The position numbers and the translations under genes are program-made. From Eledone cirrhosa (Eukaryota), in contig OZ024744.1 in the NCBI GenBank assembly GCA_964016885.1, positions 109,182,001 through 109,246,000 of the forward strand: a DNA stretch of 64,000 nt, in the 5' to 3' direction. The notes under the pieces were generated by a model that worked only from the letters and a program-made list of their open reading frames with translations, was not told where the DNA came from and did not search any database. Positions within the stretch are counted from its first letter, which is position 1; each line of letters opens with the position of its first letter. Positions 38,041 to 52,249 of the stretch are shown piece after piece.

Positions 38041-38538
38041 CTCGCTGCCTTAGATTGTCTTAAACCCTTTCTCAGAATTGTTGAAATTTCTATCTAATAA
38101 ATAAATAAATAAATAAATAAATAAAAAAAAATAATTTTTTTAAAAATTTCCCACCCTTCCCCTCCGCCAAAAAATAAACAAACAAACAAAAACTGCAGTT
38201 TTTGCAGTAGTCCAAATATCGTTATTACTGCTATTGTTGTTGCTGTTGCTGTTAGTTCACTACAGGACACTCTTTTTATATGCCATAAATAGCCAATATT
38301 ATCCATTACTTTTAAAACTAGTCATTATTATTGTTATTATTTTTATTAACATACTGCATTTTTACCACCAATCTCAACACCATCATCATCATCATCATCA
38401 TCATCAATACCATCATCATCATCATCATCATCAATACCATCATCATCATCATCATCATCAATACCACCATCCTCATCACTTCCTTTCTTAACAGCAGAAA
38501 CTACAATACCATCATCACAATCAAAGCACCTTCTAGTA

Positions 38539-38619
<81 letters not shown>

Positions 38620-38712
38620 GTATATATGTATGTATATATATGTATATGTATATATGTATGTATATATATGTATATATATATATGTATGTATATATATGTA
38701 TATATATATATG

Positions 38713-38761
<49 letters not shown>

Positions 38762-38786
38762 ATGTATGTATGTATATGTATGTATG

Positions 38787-38852
<66 letters not shown>

Positions 38853-39122
38853 TATGTATGTATATATATGTATATATATGTATGTATATATATATGTATA
38901 TGTATGTATATATATATGTATATATATATGTATGTATATATATATGTATATATATATGTATGTATATATATATGTATATGTATGTATATATATGTATATA
39001 TATATGTATGTATATATATATGTATATGTATGTATATATATATATATATATATGTATGTATATATATATGTATATATATATGTATGTATATATATATGTA
39101 TATGTATATATATCTATATATC

Positions 39123-39153
<31 letters not shown>

Positions 39154-39240
39154 GTGTATATATATATATGTGTGTGTATATATATATATATTTGTATATA
39201 TATATATATTTGTATATATATATATGTGTATATATATATT

Positions 39241-39300
<60 letters not shown>

Positions 39301-39366
39301 ATGGCAGTGCTCCAGCATGACCTCAGCCTGTCTGCTAGAACACTAAATATATATACACACACACAC

Positions 39367-39444
<78 letters not shown>

Positions 39445-39620
39445 CTATAGTAACAGATGACAGATATACATATACAGTTATTGAATTATTTAATGATGTT
39501 GATGATGATCATGGTAATAATGGTAAGGACAACAATAAGATGATGATGATGATGATGTGAAAAAGTATGAGGATATCTTTTCATTCACTTCTCTTTTCAG
39601 AACACACAAAATAGAAATAT

Positions 39621-39657
<37 letters not shown>

Positions 39658-39744
39658 TAACAACAACAACAATCACAACCAAAACAATTATACAATAAAA
39701 TTAAACATTCTGGTTCTCTGTTATAATAATGTTATATCTATAAC

Positions 39745-39794
<50 letters not shown>

Positions 39795-39871
39795 TGTAAT
39801 AAACAACATAAGGCAATTATTCCATTTACCAGTGGTTTCTTAAAAAGCAAAAAAATGTTGCTTTCAATCAC

Positions 39872-39905
<34 letters not shown>

Positions 39906-39965
39906 AGTTAGTTGAGTGTAATTTTGTATTACACAAGAATGAACCGTTGATATTTAAACATAGAG

Positions 39966-40003
<38 letters not shown>

Positions 40004-40178
40004 CCATGACATTAGTTGGATTTCATGGAACTACTAATTTCATTGTCTTGATAAAGACAAAGACATATGTCCCCCATTATGAGGAGCTGAATGTATTAGT
40101 TTTTCTAGCTCATACATACAACTTCTGATAATGGAGAATAGTAAGTCCTTGAAACTCCAACTAATATCAGGCATTATT

Positions 40179-40642
40179 TACCAGTAATGCACTGGGCTGT
40201 AATTGCTGGCCTTGTGCCAAAAGTAGAAACAATTATTTATATTTATGTTGGATTGGCAGTATAGGTAGAGGGTCTGACGCCATGCTTTGATGCATAGAGT
40301 TACGGCCCTTGCCATTCTGAGTTCAAATCCCGCCGAGGTTAACTTTGCCTTTCATCCTTACGGGGTCGATAAAATAAAGTACCAGTAATGCACTGGGCGG
40401 TAATTGCTGGCCTTGTGCCAAAAGTAGAAACAATTATTTATATTTATGTTGGATTGGCAGTATAGGTAGAGGGTCTGACGCCATGCTTTGACGCATAGAG
40501 TTACGGCCCTTGCCATTCTGAGTTCAAATCCCGCCGAGGTTAACTTTGCCTTTCATCCTTACGGGGTCGATAAAATAAAGTACCAGTAATGTACTGGGTA
40601 ATTGCTGGCCTTGTGCCAAAAGTAGAAACAATTATTTATATT
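40179..40642 (+). mobile_element. Head-to-tail array of SINE family B (about 2.3 units, period about 201 bp)
   Basis: TTGGATTGGCAGTATAGG at 40248 and 40449, preceded by an isolated tail. Confidence 0.9.
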
Positions 40643-40884
40643 TGTTATATTACATTATATATCCATGCTAGCAAAATGGCTTCATACACATTTTTTTTTT
40701 TTTTTTTTCTTTTCTTACATTGGAAGAAAGTGAGCGTTTGGTTATATGAATATTTGTAGTGTGGGTGATGGTGATGATGACTGATGGATATAATGATAGT
40801 GGTGATGGTGATGACAATGATACTAGATACTATTGATGATTGTTTAAGGCTAGTAGATATGTTGTTGATGTTGATGGTGGTGTT

Positions 40885-41353
40885 GGTGGTAGTGTTTAAC
40901 TGCCAAGTCAGCCCTGGTGGTGGTGGTAGTGGTAGTGTTTTAACTCTGCTAAGTCAGCACTGGTGGTGGTGGTAGTGGTAGTGTTTAACTCTGCTAAGTC
41001 AGCCCTGGTGGTGGTAGTGGTAGTGTTTAACTCTGCTAAGTCAGCCCTGGTGGTGGTAGTGGTAGTGTTTAACTCTGCTAAGTCAGCCCTGGTGGTGGTA
41101 GTGGTAGTGTTTTAACTCTGCTAAGTCAGCCCTGGTGGTGGTGGTAGTGGTAGTGTTTAACTCTGCTAAGTCAGCCCTGGTGGTGGTAGTAGTGGTAGTG
41201 TTTAACTCTGCTAAGTCAGCCCTGGTGGTGGTAGTGGTAGTGTTTAACTCTGCTAAGTCAGCCCTGGTGGTGGTAGTGGTAGTGTTTTAACTCTGCTAAG
41301 TCAGCCCTGGTGGTGGTAGTGGTAGTGTTTTAACTCTGCCAAGTCAGCCCTGG
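40885..41353. repeat. 42-46-bp minisatellite, about 10 copies
   Basis: Unit GTTTAACTCTGCTAAGTCAGCCCTGGTGGTGGTAGTGGTAGT. Confidence 0.93.
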
Positions 41354-41534
41354 GCACTCAGATTGACAGACAGACATATCAAATATCTTCTTCCTCTAAC
41401 AATTTTGTACATTATCAAGAAATTTGGTTACTTGTTCTAGCAAGTCCATCAACTACAAAGAGGTTCTTTAATGATGATTTGATATTCAAATACCAGAGAA
41501 AGGCTTATGTGGTATAGGTATAGGTATAGGTATA

Positions 41535-41692
41535 GGCATGGCTGTGTGGTAAAGGAGTTTGTTTCACAAGCACATGGTTCTGGGTTCAATCTCCCTGTGT
41601 GACACCTTGGGCAAGTGTCTTCTATTATAAATTCAGGTTGACTAGTGCCTTGTGAGGGGAATTTGGTAGGCAGAAACTGTATGAAAGCTCTT
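41535..41692 (+). mobile_element. tRNA-derived CORE-type SINE (family C)
   Basis: GGCATGGCTGTGTGGTAA A-box, GGGTTCAATC B-box, CCTTGGGCAAGT CORE motif. Confidence 0.7.
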
Positions 41693-42487
41693 TCTATATA
41701 TAAATATATGTGTGTAGAGAGAGAGTATTGAGCCTATGTAAAAACACAAAGCAACGATTCTTTCTTTTCTTATACAATTTACATATAACAAATATTTATT
41801 ATCTGTTATGTCTCACCTGTTAATTACCTGTGAGAAGACCAGCCTTTCACTGTTAATTATTAAATCATGTGAATTGGAAAGAGGACAACAGCAGCAGGTA
41901 TAGACACACTCTATATCCCCTCAATATTGATAATTGGGAGTGAGGGTATCTGTAAATCATTAAGGGGTAGGGACGGACACACACACCAAAAAACAAACAA
42001 ATAAACACTCACTTTTCTAATGTTGTTATTTGGAGAGATGGCAGGACTAAATAGCAGACTAAACACCTTTACATTATTTTTGTTTGCCCTTCCACTTTCC
42101 CTTCCCTCTAAACTGCGAGCCTTTTGCCTAAATTAGAAGCCCCATCAGCGGGAACAGCATCTTATTATTTTTATGTTCTGAGTTTAAATCCCGCCAAGGT
42201 TAGCTCTGCTGATTAATTAAGTACCAGTAATACACTGGCGTTGATTTGACCTTCCCTTTCCCTTCAAATTGCTGGCCTTGTACTAAACATAGAAAAAATA
42301 TTATCATCACTGTCCTTGATAATATCATTATCAACATCTTTCTTATTGTCATCATCATCATTATCCACCTTACTCCAACACCATCACCTCACCACATTTG
42401 TTTAGCCATGAGTCAGCTCTTTCCAGCAGTGGCCATCCTGCCTTTCTGTATACTAGAAACTACATTGGTTTCAATATGCCTGCTACG

Positions 42488-42792
42488 GAATGTTGTCAAA
42501 TTAAATGTAGAGCCCTCCTTAATATATCTCACACTCAACAGTGCCACTCACACTTGACACACTACAGAATGTTGTCAAAGTAAATGTAGAGCCCTCAATA
42601 TATCTCACTCTCAACAGTGCCACTCACACTTGACACACTACAGAATGTTGTCAAAGTAAATGTAGAGCCCTCAATATATCTCACTCTCAACAGTGCCACT
42701 CACACTTGACACAGTACAGAATGTTGTCAAAGTAAATGTAGAGCCCTCTTAATATATCTCACACTCAACAATGCCACTCACACTTGACACAC
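42488..42792. repeat. About 76-bp tandem repeat, 4 copies
   Basis: GAATGTTGTCAAAGTAAATGTAGAGCCC...CACTTGACACACTACA recurs at 42567 and 42643. Confidence 0.9.
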
Positions 42793-42975
42793 ATTGAGTG
42801 TAGTTTTAGACCATCAAGTGTAGTTGGAGTAAAACTCAAGCCTTAATATATCTCACAGTCAACAGTACCACTCACTCTCAACAGCACTATTCTCATCTAT
42901 CAGGAGATGTAAGTGTAGATGAATATAGTACCTGCAGTAGTCAGTCTTATTGTTGTTATTATTATTGTTATTGTA

Positions 42976-43170
42976 GGGAGGTGAATTGGCAGTATCGGTA
43001 GAGGGTCGGACATGCTTTCCAACATAGTTACGTCCCTTTACAGTTTGAGTTCAAATCCCTCTAAGGTTAACTTTGCCTTTTATCCTTATGGGGGGTCGAT
43101 AAAAATAAAGTACCGGTAATGCGCTGGGTAATTGCTGGCCTTGTGCCAAAAGTAGAAATAATTATTATTG
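42976..43170 (+). mobile_element. SINE family B
   Basis: Family consensus, flanked by ATT-rich repeats. Confidence 0.85.
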
Positions 43171-43724
43171 TTATTGTTAGTGTCTCCTGTAATGTAGAAA
43201 GCAGTTTGGATGAGAAGCAATCAAGAAGCAGACGACTTAGTATCTTAAAGGAAGAAACCATCTTGGACAGACTTCTGTCTGGGTCCTGAGGAGAGAATTG
43301 TTATAATTTATTACTGGATGTGCGGGAGGCAATAGTGTTAAAGTTGTGTCATCATTGTTATAACCCATACCACTACAACTATCATTATCATCATCATCAT
43401 CATCATTATCATCATCATCATCATCATTAGCATGATTAGAGTCAGTGAATGTTGTTAACTGACTCAGTAACTTGTTATATGACCTTTACATTTTTGGTGC
43501 TTGACCTTTTCTCAGCTCAATTCAATAATGGGTTTGGCTTTAAAGTTTTAACAGGTCACAGATCAGACATAACTACCTGTAATATAATGGATTAATTCTC
43601 TTGACTTTATATACCATTTCTCCTTTATTGGAAATTATGTTTGACATTTTTTTTTCCCTTACTTTCCTTCTCATCTTATGTATGTATGTATATATATATA
43701 TGTGTAAATATATATATATATGTG

Positions 43725-43790
<66 letters not shown>

Positions 43791-43887
43791 TCCATACACA
43801 CACATATATATGTATTTATAAATATATATACTTACAAATATATTACCCCTGACACAACTCGGGGAATTTACCTATTATTATTATTAT

Positions 43888-43929
<42 letters not shown>

Positions 43930-44141
43930 CTATTTTTTATTGGAACCGCAGGAATGGTATTTCTAACTAGCATTACAAGAGTGCTAGATTAAGTACCTTA
44001 CAGTATTTACTTCTTTTCTCTCCCCACTTTGAGTTGAAAGCCTCTCATTGATGACTTTCCTTTCATACCTCTATGCATGCTAACATAATTACTAGTCAAA
44101 AAACACTGGGATCAATTCAATCAGTTGTGGCAATGTATGAT

Positions 44142-44172
<31 letters not shown>

Positions 44173-44306
44173 CCACCACCATCACTATCATCATCATCAT
44201 GATCTCCATTATAACTTGTTTTTCATATTATTAAGGGTGGTTGAATGGCAAAAATCTTTAGTGTTATACAAAATACTATGCAGTATTTTTTCTTCTCTTT
44301 ACGTTC

Positions 44307-44650
44307 GGAGGCACATGGCTTAGTGGTTAGAGCATTGGCCTTGCAATCGAAAGGTTTGTGAGTTCAATTCTCAGACCGGGTGATGTGTTGTTTCCTTGAG
44401 CAAGACACTTTATTTCACATCGCTCCAGTTTACTCAGCTGTAGAAATGAGATGATAGGGACTGGGGTCCCTATCATTCCACTGCAAAGTGGTCGTGGAGG
44501 TGCCACGGCAAAAAAGCACCCAGCACTCACTGTAAATGAGGTTGGTGTTAGGAAGGGCATCCAGCTGTAGAAATCAAGCCAGAATCAGTTCCTGTCCCAC
44601 CCTTGCAAGCAGGGAAAAAGCGGGTGTAAAATGATGATGATGATGATGAT
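44307..44650 (+). mobile_element. SINE family A, full length
   Basis: Family consensus with an (ATG)n tail. Appears nested in an older, decayed family B-like copy (head about 44235-44306, remainder about 44651-44720). Confidence 0.9.
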
Positions 44651-44744
44651 GTTCAAATCCTGTCAAAGACAACTTTGCTGTTCAGCCTTCTGGGGGCAGA
44701 TGGATAAAATAAAGTATCTGTCATGTATAATTATATATGGCTAC

Positions 44745-45142
44745 CTTTTTCCAGGAGAGCAATTTGTGATTCTATTTTTTAAAGATATCCTCTCAGTTTT
44801 AGTGCTATCAACCCCTAAGATCCAATAACAACTGGAATTATTTTGATGTTAGGTGGTATACACCATATTTGTACAAGTCTGTATATTTTATTATTTCCAT
44901 TTCTTTTAAGGCTATAGTGTGATTGTCACATCAATAAGCTGGCATTCAAAGCTATTTCTATGCTTAACTTTAATATCAGATCTGTTGTGTTTAAGTCTAT
45001 AGTCTGCTTGGATAGTGAAGTCCCAGAGTAATTTAGTTTTATCTCTGTCATCAAGGATACTTTCAGGGACATGCTGATACCACTTATCAGACACTTGATA
45101 TCCATATTTTGGGAGCATTGACCAGTGACAAACCTTGTCTTC

Positions 45143-45143
<1 letters not shown>
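44745..45143 (-). mobile_element. R4/Dong-like non-LTR retrotransposon fragment (restriction-like endonuclease domain)
   Basis: HWSMLPKYGY..DKWYQHVPESI...KLLWDFTIQAD..LKHNRSDI...CQLIDV, then IIPVVIG after frameshifts. Confidence 0.75.
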
Positions 45144-45193
<50 letters not shown>

Positions 45194-45534
45194 GTCAATA
45201 GATTGAAACCATGACCCTGATGTTATACAAGGTATATGATCTTACTATGAGATCAACACCCTCTCAACTATTACTAGCTGTACTTCTTCTAAGATGTTGT
45301 TTCTTAGGATTGTTTTTATTATTATTATTATTAGATTGGCAATATTGTTAGAGAGTCAGATAAAATGCTTTGTGGAATTTAGTTACAGCCCTTTACATTA
45401 TGTGTTTAAATGATGCCAAGGTCAATTTACCTTTCATTCGATAAAATAAAATATCAGTAAAGTACTGAGAGCAATATATATAATCAACTTTCCCCAAATT
45501 GTTGGGTCTATTATTATTATTATTATTATTATTA

Positions 45535-45576
<42 letters not shown>

Positions 45577-46358
45577 GTCCCTTAAATGAATTGTAACAAT
45601 TAAACAAGACACCCAAGACTTTCTTGATTCCATTCTGAGTCTTTTCACCAAAGTTCTCAAATTATAATACAAAACTATCCTTTCCTTCTTCTATACCCCA
45701 CCTCAATTGGGTTTAATGTTTTGTCTGGCCTTGCCAAGACATTTTTTTAATGTTATTCTTACCATGACTATGATCATCAACATCATCATCACCACCACCA
45801 ATGTCATCATAACCTCCACCATTATCACCATCATCATCATCATCATCATCACCATTATCACCGTCATCATCATCACCTCAATCAATATCATCATCATCAT
45901 CATCATCATCATCATTGTTATTATTATTGTTGTTGATGATGTTAATAAGTTCAACAATATTCTACCAGATTTCCTGAAAAAGGATAAACTTACTTTTTAT
46001 GCAGCAACAAAATATATATATACATAAATATATATACATAAAATATATATACATAAAATATATATACATAAAATATATATACATAAATATTTTAAAAAAT
46101 AAACAAATAATTAAATGAATAATTCAATTTTTCCTCCATAAAATACAAATAACAACAAAAAAGGGAAGAGAAAAAACATGTTGAAACTTATTAAGTTTTT
46201 TTCAATAATTGTTAATTACAATTTGCTATTCCGTCCTCTTCTTTTTCTTCCTTCTTCTCCTCCCCCACTGACACGTCTAGCAAACATAGCAAACCCTACA
46301 AACTTGTCCACTCCATCCAATCAAGATGGACACTCTTAGATACTACTATCACCCCAAC

Positions 46359-46391
<33 letters not shown>

Positions 46392-46527
46392 TACAACTAT
46401 CACCACCATTACTACTACCACTGTATTGTACCAATATTGTGCCAGCTCCGTGTTTTAACTTCACATTTTGTCTAGGTGCCAATAGTCAAGGTAGATCATC
46501 TGACCACAGGAGTATCCTGTCCACTCT

Positions 46528-47037
46528 GTATATAGACATGTAGCTCTGTAACCAACATAGACAGATATATACATGTAGCTCTACCACTAATGTAGATATA
46601 TATATGTAGACATGTAGCTCTACAACCAACATAGACAGATATATAGACACGTAGCTCTGTAACCAACATAGACAGATATATACATGTAGCTCTACCACTA
46701 ATGTAGATATATATAGACATGTAGCTCTACAACCTACATAGACAGATGTATAGACATGTGGCTCTACAACCAACATAGTCAGATATATAGACATGTAGCT
46801 CTGAAACCAACATAGACAGATATATAGACATGTAGCTGTACAACCATCATAGACAGATGTATAGACATGTAGCTCTGTAACCAACATAGACAGATGTATA
46901 GACATGTAGCTCTGTAACCAACATAGATATATACATGTAGCTCTACCACTAATGTAGATATATATATATACATAGACATGTAGCTCTGTAACCAACATAG
47001 ACAGATTTTTAGACATGTAGCTCTACCACTAATGTAG

Positions 47038-47068
<31 letters not shown>

Positions 47069-47440
47069 TGTAGCTCTGTAACCAACATAGACAGATATAT
47101 AGACATGTAGCTTTGTAACCAACATAGACAGTTATATGGACATGTAGCTCTGTAACCAACATAGACATATGTATAGACATGTAGCTCTACAACCAACATA
47201 GTCAGATATATAGACATGTAGCTCTACAACCAACATAGACATATGTATAGACATGTAGCTCTGTAACCAACATAGACAGATGTATAGACATGTGGCTCTA
47301 CAACCAACATAGTCAGATATATAGACATGTAGCTGTACAACCAACATAGACAGATGTATAGACATGTAGCTCTACAATCAATATAGACATGTAGGTCTAT
47401 AACCAACATAGACAGATGTATAGACATGTAGCTTTACCAC
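46528..47440. repeat. About 37-bp minisatellite, about 24 copies
   Basis: Unit TATAGACATGTAGCTCTGTAACCAACATAGACAGATA and variants. Confidence 0.93.
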
Positions 47441-47664
47441 CAATACTGATAAACTGGCACCAGTATGTTGAGGTTTTCATGACTGGTTTATTTCCACCAA
47501 TTTTTTATGCCTGCCTGTAACATCGTGATAACCTGAGATCAGGCAAAATCAATTTGAAATCACTTCACGTGAGACACTAAAAACATGGAAAATATAAATG
47601 ACAAAAAGTTTATTGTGAAAGTTATAAAATAAAATGATTTTGTACCTAAATGAAAAGTCTTATT

Positions 47665-48305
47665 TTCAGCATAGAGTTACGGCCTGAGTTACAGTCTGAG
47701 TTCAAATCCCACCAAGGTTAGCTTTTCTTTTCATCCTTATAGAGTCGATAAAATAAAGCACCAGTAACATACTTGTGTCGATTTAATCGACTTTCCCCTC
47801 ACCCCAAATTACTGGCCTTGTACCTATACTAGAAATCATTATTACGAATTGGCAGTATCGGTAGAGGGTCGGACGCCATGCTTTGACGCATAGAGTTACG
47901 GTCCTTGCCATTCTGAGTTCAAATCCCGCCGAGGTTAACTTTGCTTTTCATCCTTACAGGGTTGATAAAATAAAGTACCAGTAATGCACTGGGTAATTGC
48001 TGGCCTTGTGCCAAAAGTAGAAACAATTATTACTCATAATGCTTTTTGTTCTGGCAGATGTTATACCGATACTCTACCAAAAGAGTGAGCCATAGACAAT
48101 GGTCAAAGGTCTTTTGAATCATTCCTAATATCGGTAGAGTGGCAGACACCATGCTTTGCAGCATAGAGTTACGGCCTTTTACGTTCTGAGTTCAAATCTC
48201 GCTGCAGTTAACTTTACCTTTCATCCTTACAGGGTTGATAAAATAAAGTACCAGTAATGCACTGAGATAATTGCTGGCCTTGTGCCAAAAGTAGAAACAA
48301 TTATA
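47665..48305 (+). mobile_element. Cluster of three SINE family B copies; further fragments at about 48670-48910 and 50125-50490
   Basis: Repeated GAGTTCAAATCC...TTTCATCCTTA...GATAAAATAAAG..CCAGTAA...GGCCTTGT blocks. Confidence 0.85.
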
Positions 48306-48309
48306 ATTA

Positions 48310-48665
48310 TCATACATTGAAATCTCAGTCATTGATGTTATTTAACCGTAAAATTTACTCTAATGAACATCAAGTTGCTACCTGCAGCGTCAGATATTCA
48401 GGACATATCAGAGGATCCTTGCTGTTCCTAGTACGCTTGCCTTTTGAAGTGTTCCAAAAAAAAGGGGGCTGGACTAATGTTCTTTAACCAGCCTTAGAAA
48501 CTCTTCAAGATAGTACCTAGTGTCCCTAAGATGATGGGGAAGGCCTTGATCTTATGACAGTCCCAGATCCTTTTCAGTTCCCTCTTTAGATCTCAGTACC
48601 AGTTACTTTTCTCCTTCTCCTTTTCTTGCACCCATGTCAAAGGGGCAAGCTACATCTATAATAAT
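48310..48665 (-). mobile_element. R4/Dong-like retrotransposon 3' end (RLE C-terminus plus 3' UTR)
   Basis: IIDVACPFD/VQEKEKEK..Y*DLKRELKRIW...PIILGTLGTI...LQKASVLGTARIL*YVLNI*. Confidence 0.8.
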
Positions 48666-49311
48666 AATTATTATTTTTGTTCTACTTTAGGCAAAAGGCC
48701 ACCAATTTTAAGGGGGGGGGGGTGTCAATGAAATCAGCCCCAGTGTATTACTGATGCTTTATTTATTGACCCTGTAAGGATGAAAGGAAAAGCTAACCCT
48801 AATTTTCCTGTTGAGGTTAACTTTACCTTTCATCCTTAGAGGATTGAGAAATAAAGTACCAGTAATGCACTGGGGTAATTGCTGGCCTTGTGCCAGAAGT
48901 AGAAACAAACGGCCCCAGAATACATTGTAGCATGTATTCTGGGGCCAATGCCAATTCCAATCCTGCTCGGGTTCACTTTGCTTTTCATCATTTCGGAGTG
49001 AAAACAAAAATACTGGCCCAGCCACCCCTCTCTCTTTCCTGAATTGGACACCTAAAATCTTTAGTGAAAGCATGGTACATACTACCAAGTCATGCTTGAT
49101 TGAGAGTGATGGCTGTAGTTAATATTTCTAGTATGTGAAGGTGGTGTGGTGGTGGTGATGATGGTGGTGCCTGTGATGTGTAAATTCTCGTTAAACCAAT
49201 TCTATAACCAGGTCTCCCCTTCCACTCACAGTGAGAGCTCCCAATATAATGTTGCTAAATAATTCTTGGAAAATATTTAAACATGACAACCTTTTCTGAC
49301 TTCATCCATCG

Positions 49312-49389
<78 letters not shown>

Positions 49390-49390
<1 letters not shown>

Positions 49391-49575
49391 GTTTTAATAT
49401 AGATGAGATTCTACAGGACTAGAACTGTTTCATTCTTTAGAAATCATCGATGATTTCTAAAGAATGAAACAGTTCTAGTCCTGTAGAATCTCATCTATAT
49501 TAAAACTTTTATACTCTGCAATGTATTGAGTACCTTATTTACTGTGGTTACCTCCGATTCAACCCGGAATAACAT
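49390..49575. mobile_element. Perfect 118-bp palindrome (49390-49507) plus a unique tail; truncated hammerhead-like motif
   Basis: Centre CATC|GATG. The right arm reads GATGA-TTTCTAAAGAAT-GAAA-CAG-TT-CTAG. The tail contains GTATTGAGTAC. Confidence 0.8.
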
Positions 49576-49590
49576 ATATATATATATATA

Positions 49591-49795
49591 TAGGAACCAG
49601 TAAGACCCCGACGGCTGAGCTCAAGCCGTTTCGACAGCTAATTCTGGACATTTTTAGTCCAGAATTAGCCGTCGAAACGGCTTGAGCTCAGCCGTCGGGG
49701 TCTTACTGGTTCCTAATACCCACTCTACTACCCCAAGTATTGAGTACTTTGGTGCGTTATGGTCCACCTGGTTCCTTACCACATTTCTTTCGTTA
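49591..49795. mobile_element. Second copy of the 35540 palindromic element
   Basis: Arms 49591-49715 around a 7-nt loop ATTTTTA, with the same tail. Confidence 0.8.
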
Positions 49796-49802
49796 TATAT
49801 AT

Positions 49803-49997
<195 letters not shown>

Positions 49998-50325
49998 TAT
50001 ATCCCACAAACCTAAAGCTTCATATCTATTTAAGAAGAATCGTCATCTGTCATTACATTGTTATGAGTTATTAATAGTGTCATCATCATCATCATCATCA
50101 TCATCTCCTTTATTATTGTCATAATCATACCCAGTACATTACTGGTATTTTTATTTTATCCACCGACCCCCCCCCCCCCCCCCGTAAGGATGAACGGCAA
50201 AGTCAATCCCGCCGAGGTTGACTTTGCCTTTCATCCTTGGGTCGGTCGATAAAATAAAGTACCAGTAATACACTGGGGTAATTTGCTGGCCTTGTGCCTA
50301 ACGTTGAAACAGTTTTTATTGTCAT

Positions 50326-50376
<51 letters not shown>

Positions 50377-50686
50377 TACCCGCCAAGGTTGACTTTGCCT
50401 TTCATCCTTTACGGGGGTCGATAAAATAAAGTACCAGTAATGCACTGGGTAATTGCTGGCCTTGTGCCTAAAGTAGAAACAGTTATTACTATTATCATAA
50501 TTGTTATTGTCATCAGCTTTATTATCATGATTATTATCATTAGCTATGTCAATATCACATGTGTGATATGAGATATCTTCTAATAATATATTTATTTCGG
50601 GTTTATTCCTCAATGGTATAATACGTAGTAGCAAGTAAACAGTGTTGGGGTTGTTTTTTGGTTTTTGTTTGTATTTTGGAACTATC

Positions 50687-50740
<54 letters not shown>

Positions 50741-50743
50741 TGC

Positions 50744-50776
<33 letters not shown>

Positions 50777-50780
50777 TATG

Positions 50781-50813
<33 letters not shown>

Positions 50814-50852
50814 ATATATATGTGTATATATATATAAATATATATATATGTG

Positions 50853-50911
<59 letters not shown>

Positions 50912-51329
50912 ATATATATATATGTATATATATATAAATATATATATATGTATATAAGAGGAAGTAATCTTAAAGAATTCATATATGTATATATATATAC
51001 ATATATATGCATATATATACATACATGTATATATACATGTATATATATATATGTATATATATACATATATATGCATATATATATACATGTATATATATAT
51101 TTATATATATATAAATATATATGTACATATATATGCATATATATATATACATATATATGCATATATATATATATATACATACATATATATATATATACAT
51201 GTATATATATATATATGTATATATATATCTATCTCTCTCTCTCTATATATATATGTGTGCGTGTGTATACATATATATGGATATTTATATGCATATATAT
51301 GTATATATACATAAATATACATACCTACA

Positions 51330-51385
<56 letters not shown>

Positions 51386-51766
51386 CAATGGCATTAATAT
51401 ATAAATAATATTTAATCATGTCAATAAAATATAATCAATTTTAATACAACGAACATGTGTTTAATGACAGGTTTAATCGTTCAGGAAAACAATACTTGAC
51501 ACAGCTATAAGTTTTATTTATTGTCCCTCAGAAAGATTAATGGCAAAATACAAATCCTGACAAAGAAAATATTTTGAAACATTTTGTTAAATTCTGAGTT
51601 GAAATCCTTTAATTTAACCCTTTAGTATTTAAATCAGCCATATCTGGCCTGAATTATCTCACCTTTTTCTGTTCAAACCGGCTGTAACTGGCCACTCATA
51701 CTGATGTTAAGGTATTCTCAAAATAAATAATATCAAAATCTCATAGATTTGATATTATGTGAGGTA

Positions 51767-52030
51767 ATTATATGAGATAAAGCCTTTACCATGAAAATAC
51801 AATAGTATATATAGAGTAATGTAAATGTTATGTGAGATATTATATGAGATAAAGCCTTTACCATGAAAATACAATAGTATATATAGAGTAATGTAAATGT
51901 TATGTGAAATATTATATGAGATAAAGCCTTTACCATGAAAATACAATAGTATATATAGAGTAATGTAGATATTATATGAGATAAAGCCTTTACCATGAAA
52001 ATACAATAGTATATATAGAGTAATATAAAT
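51767..52030. repeat. 60-72-bp tandem repeat, 4 copies
   Basis: TTATATGAGATAAAGCCTTTACCATGAAAATACAATAGTATATATAGAGTAAT recurs four times. Confidence 0.9.
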
Positions 52031-52249
52031 ATTAAAGGGTTGAACAGTAACACTACTAATAATAATAATAATCATGGTTTCTTTTATTGGCTACAAGTGC
52101 CTAAGACATTGAGGACAATAGAAGTCGGGTTTATATAAAATAAAGGAATGGGGACATCTACAAGGGGATAACAATCAATAATTGTAATAAATAGTTGTGA
52201 TAACAAAACAAATATTAAAATAAATTATGCTCATAGAATAAGATCTCAA

